DNA of 64,000 nucleotides from Candidatus Multivorans sp. (GTDB lineage: Bacteria > Acidobacteriota > Thermoanaerobaculia > Multivoradales > Multivoraceae). This document shows positions 61,476 through 64,000 of this stretch, one piece after another. The stretch spans positions 4,416,001 through 4,480,000 of the forward strand of contig OZ245033.1 in the NCBI GenBank assembly GCA_965224025.1. Direction: 5' to 3'. The notes under the pieces are model-generated. The model was given only the letters and a program-made list of their open reading frames with translations. It was not told the origin of the DNA and did not search any database. The number at the start of each line of letters is the position of its first letter. Position 1 is the stretch's first letter. The position numbers were made by a program, and so were the translations under genes.

Positions 61476-62531
61476 CTAGCGGGCCCCGCCGCGCCGCAGG
61501 CCCGCAGGCAGGCCACCGGTCGGGTTCGCGTTCTTGTAGAACCGGGACTCGAGCACCTGCATCCGCCGTTTGTAGATCTCCTTCTGGTCCGCCGCGACGC
61601 GGTCGAACGCTCTGACGAAGAACCGGCACTGACGTTCGACGCTCCACTGGTAGACGGGGAGGGTCTGGCGCAGAAACTCGGCTTCCGTGAGTAGCCGGCT
61701 CGTCTGGACCGACCCCACCGGTAGTTGCTTCCGCGCGGCCTCGTGTTCGGGGGCCCGGGCGGGAGCCACGATGAAGCCGCCGGGCGCCAACGCGACATCG
61801 AACAGGTAGGCGACCGTGCCGTTGCCGTCGTACCAGCAGCTCGGGTGATCCAGTCCGCCGCCTCCCCGTGCCGCCGCCTGCGCCTCCAGCCTCTCGATCC
61901 GCTCCCGGGCTCGATCGAGCTGCTCGGCAAGAACAGCCGGATCCGCACCAGCGGCCTCCATCTCGTCCCGGCTTTCGATCGCCTCGCGAACTTCCGCCGG
62001 AGACATGCCGCGCCGCGCGGCCGCGTTCAGCGCCCCTGCCATTTCGCGCAGTTCGCCCGGCGTCGCCTCGACGCCCGCCCCCTTCATTGCCTGTTCGAGT
62101 TCGGCGTGGGCGTCGGCCGTCTCCACCGCGCGATGCGCCGACAGCAGCTCCTCGGCTTCGGCCGGCGACATGCGGCCGATCTCCGACTCCTGGATCCCTG
62201 CGACGACCTCCTGCACCGACGGCTCGGGAAACGCGGTCTCGATCTCGCGCACGAGCTCCCGCCAACTGTCCGCGTCCTCGTGCTCGTTCATCCGCTCCCG
62301 CAACACGGACCGGAGAACCACCGGATCCTCCGGCAACGCCTCGTCCTGGAACAGAGTCTCGATCTGCTCGTAGCGCACCAGCCTCTGTTCAGCCTCCTCG
62401 CGCCTTTCCGACTCACGCGCCAGCAAAGCGGCCAGCGCCAGCAGCAGCACGAAGATGATCAGGATGGCGATCTCGGCCATGGTCAGACCGAGGACGAGGC
62501 CCCGCGGGAACGTCCGCCCGCGGTTCGTCAC
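61476..62531 (-). CDS. Single-TM coiled-coil protein with MotB/ExbD-like N-terminus
   Basis: GTG start overlapping the upstream TGA. GLVLGLTMAEIAILIIFVLLLAL TM, long helical linker, C-terminal PSCW...CRFFV domain. Confidence 0.65.
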   Translation of the reverse strand: MTNRGRTFPRGLVLGLTMAEIAILIIFVLLLALAALLARESERREEAEQRLVRYEQIETLFQDEALPEDPVVLRSVLRERMNEHEDADSWRELVREIETAFPEPSVQEVVAGIQESEIGRMSPAEAEELLSAHRAVETADAHAELEQAMKGAGVEATPGELREMAGALNAAARRGMSPAEVREAIESRDEMEAAGADPAVLAEQLDRARERIERLEAQAAARGGGGLDHPSCWYDGNGTVAYLFDVALAPGGFIVAPARAPEHEAARKQLPVGSVQTSRLLTEAEFLRQTLPVYQWSVERQCRFFVRAFDRVAADQKEIYKRRMQVLESRFYKNANPTGGLPAGLRRGGAR

Positions 62532-63733
62532 CAGGTGCCCCAGCCCTGCGCCCGCCGCCGCTCTCGCACCTCCTCTTCGGCCACGGCATCGAGCCGGTCC
62601 GCCATCCGCAGCAGAGACCGGTTCATCGCCTCCATGCGCTCCGGCGCAGCGTGCAACTGGCGCCTCGCGGCAGCGAGCTCGCTCACGACCGCGCGCGTCC
62701 CCTCGCTGTACCGGTCGATGTGGGCTCGCAGCGACACGAGCGCGTCCGTGGCGTTCCGGAAGCCGTTCGCCGCCCGCGCGTTCGCCTGCGAGAAGCGACG
62801 GTTCTCTTCGAGGATCTCCGCCAGCCGCGCCACCGCGCTCTGGTTCTGCTCCATGACCCGCAATTGACCGGCCTCCAGTCGCCGCAAGCCCTCCGCCACG
62901 GACAGGAACTCCCTCGCCAGACCCTGGAACTGCCGCGATGTCGGCTCGATGAGTTCCTCGATGAACTCGCGCCGGAAGTCGACGGAGCGGAAGTGTTCCA
63001 GCATCTGCCGAAGCGAGTCGTTCACGCCCTGCGCCTCGGAAACGAACAGTTCCCGCTGGGCCTGGATGTCCGCAACCGCCGCGGCGGCGGACGCATCGAC
63101 CTGGGCGACACGCTCCCGGAGCGCCCCGAACCTCGCGGCGCCCCCTTCGAGCTCTTCGATCTGTCCTTCGAGCGCCGTGCCGGCGGCGCTCACACCCTGG
63201 TCCAACTGCTGGAACACCCGCTTGGCCTCGGTCCGGAACTGCCGGAACTCGTCGATCGAGTACTCCATCTCCGCTCGCAGGCGGCGATTCGCGCGCGCCA
63301 GGTCCTCGCGGGCCCGCGTCTCGGCATCGGTCGTTGCTTCGTCCCGCGGCTGATTCAGGAGGATGCGGCCCGCGAGCCCGAGGATCGTGCTGGTCAGTGC
63401 GAGACCGAAGTTCGTGATGATCGCGCTCGTCGCTCCCTCCGTGTTGAACTGGTAGAGCGAGATGGCCAGCGAGATCAGGGTGTAGAGAAAGCCGAGGTAG
63501 TAGAAGTTGTCCCCCGCGAACTCGACCCGCGGACGCAGATCGGGCCACTCGACCAGCAGCAGGGCATAGCTCCCCATCAGCAGGACCGGCAGGACGACCG
63601 CGAGGATCGGACTGTCGCTGAGTGACTTCATCAACAGGATGGCTACTGCGCCACCGAGAAAGAAGCCCAGGAACAGACCGCGGCCGCTCGGCAACTCGGG
63701 TCCAGCGGGCAGGCGGCGGGACCCAGGCGCCAT
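62528..63733 (-). CDS. MotA/TolQ/ExbB-like multi-TM protein with long C-terminal coiled coil
   Basis: 4 hydrophobic segments; GDNFYYLGFLYTLISL...FGLALTSTILGLAGR resembles the MotA/ExbB LG..GT...AL.TT..G pattern. About 250 aa helical tail. Confidence 0.65.
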   Translation of the reverse strand: MAPGSRRLPAGPELPSGRGLFLGFFLGGAVAILLMKSLSDSPILAVVLPVLLMGSYALLLVEWPDLRPRVEFAGDNFYYLGFLYTLISLAISLYQFNTEGATSAIITNFGLALTSTILGLAGRILLNQPRDEATTDAETRAREDLARANRRLRAEMEYSIDEFRQFRTEAKRVFQQLDQGVSAAGTALEGQIEELEGGAARFGALRERVAQVDASAAAAVADIQAQRELFVSEAQGVNDSLRQMLEHFRSVDFRREFIEELIEPTSRQFQGLAREFLSVAEGLRRLEAGQLRVMEQNQSAVARLAEILEENRRFSQANARAANGFRNATDALVSLRAHIDRYSEGTRAVVSELAAARRQLHAAPERMEAMNRSLLRMADRLDAVAEEEVRERRRAQGWGTW

Positions 63734-64000
63734 CAGTTCACGCCGTCGATGCGGGCGACCCGATTCAGAGTGCCTCCCTGGTTTTCGATCCACCGCTCCC
63801 AGAAGTCAATCAGGCCGCGGGTGTCGTCCAGACGCTGGTGGGCGGCGCGTTGCACGAACAGGACCTCGACCGCGGTGCCCCGCAGGTCGGTGGCCAGAGC
63901 AACGGCGCCGGCCGTCGCAGCGAACGCGTCGTAGTCGACCGCCTGGCGGAAGAATGAGAGGTTGTCCGTGTTCTGCATCAGGTCCGACACGAGGATCAGA
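63733..64000 (-). CDS. C-terminal part of a vWA-like hypothetical protein (runs off the window end)
   Basis: LILVSDLMQNT..LSF...DL.G..VEVLFV.R....L..FWE.W. TGATG overlap with the next gene. Confidence 0.55.
   Translation of the reverse strand, partial: LILVSDLMQNTDNLSFFRQAVDYDAFAATAGAVALATDLRGTAVEVLFVQRAAHQRLDDTRGLIDFWERWIENQGGTLNRVARIDGVN

Overview
High-GC bacterial DNA, most likely Acidobacteriota (inferred from an acidobacterial VWFA-type protein, several PDLxGxW-family exported proteins and an FFDxDNxEVLVKVLDGC repeat fragment). The window mixes metabolic and housekeeping genes (SDR, Baeyer-Villiger monooxygenase, CoA transferase, fabH, lon, PPK2, rsgA, peptide ABC transporter, a GcvT/phytoene-dehydrogenase-like/Rieske/SSS/TonB-receptor catabolic region) with accessory and defence-type genes (AlbA_2-HATPase-TPR, DUF4209, a single-chain R-M enzyme, DUF222-HNH, TA modules, Uma2, duplicated thermonuclease and PD-(D/E)XK genes). 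It also contains many broken or chimeric genes, including a decayed group II intron and an IS256 remnant. Best observations: (1) two probable selenoproteins that the ORF track splits or truncates, an AhpD-like protein with CxxU and an ArsC/glutaredoxin-like protein with UxxC, each followed by a bacterial SECIS-type hairpin; (2) a translationally coupled vWA-like + MotA/ExbB-like + MotB/ExbD-like operon at the right edge; (3) a REP-like palindrome translated in frame inside two enzymes; (4) an IclR-HTH/aminomethyltransferase fusion; (5) long perfect palindromes inside the DUF222-HNH gene; (6) a repeated two-hairpin non-coding element; (7) a tandemly duplicated thermonuclease + PD-(D/E)XK module. 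No rRNA, tRNA or CRISPR array was seen. All family calls come from motif recognition, not database searches.
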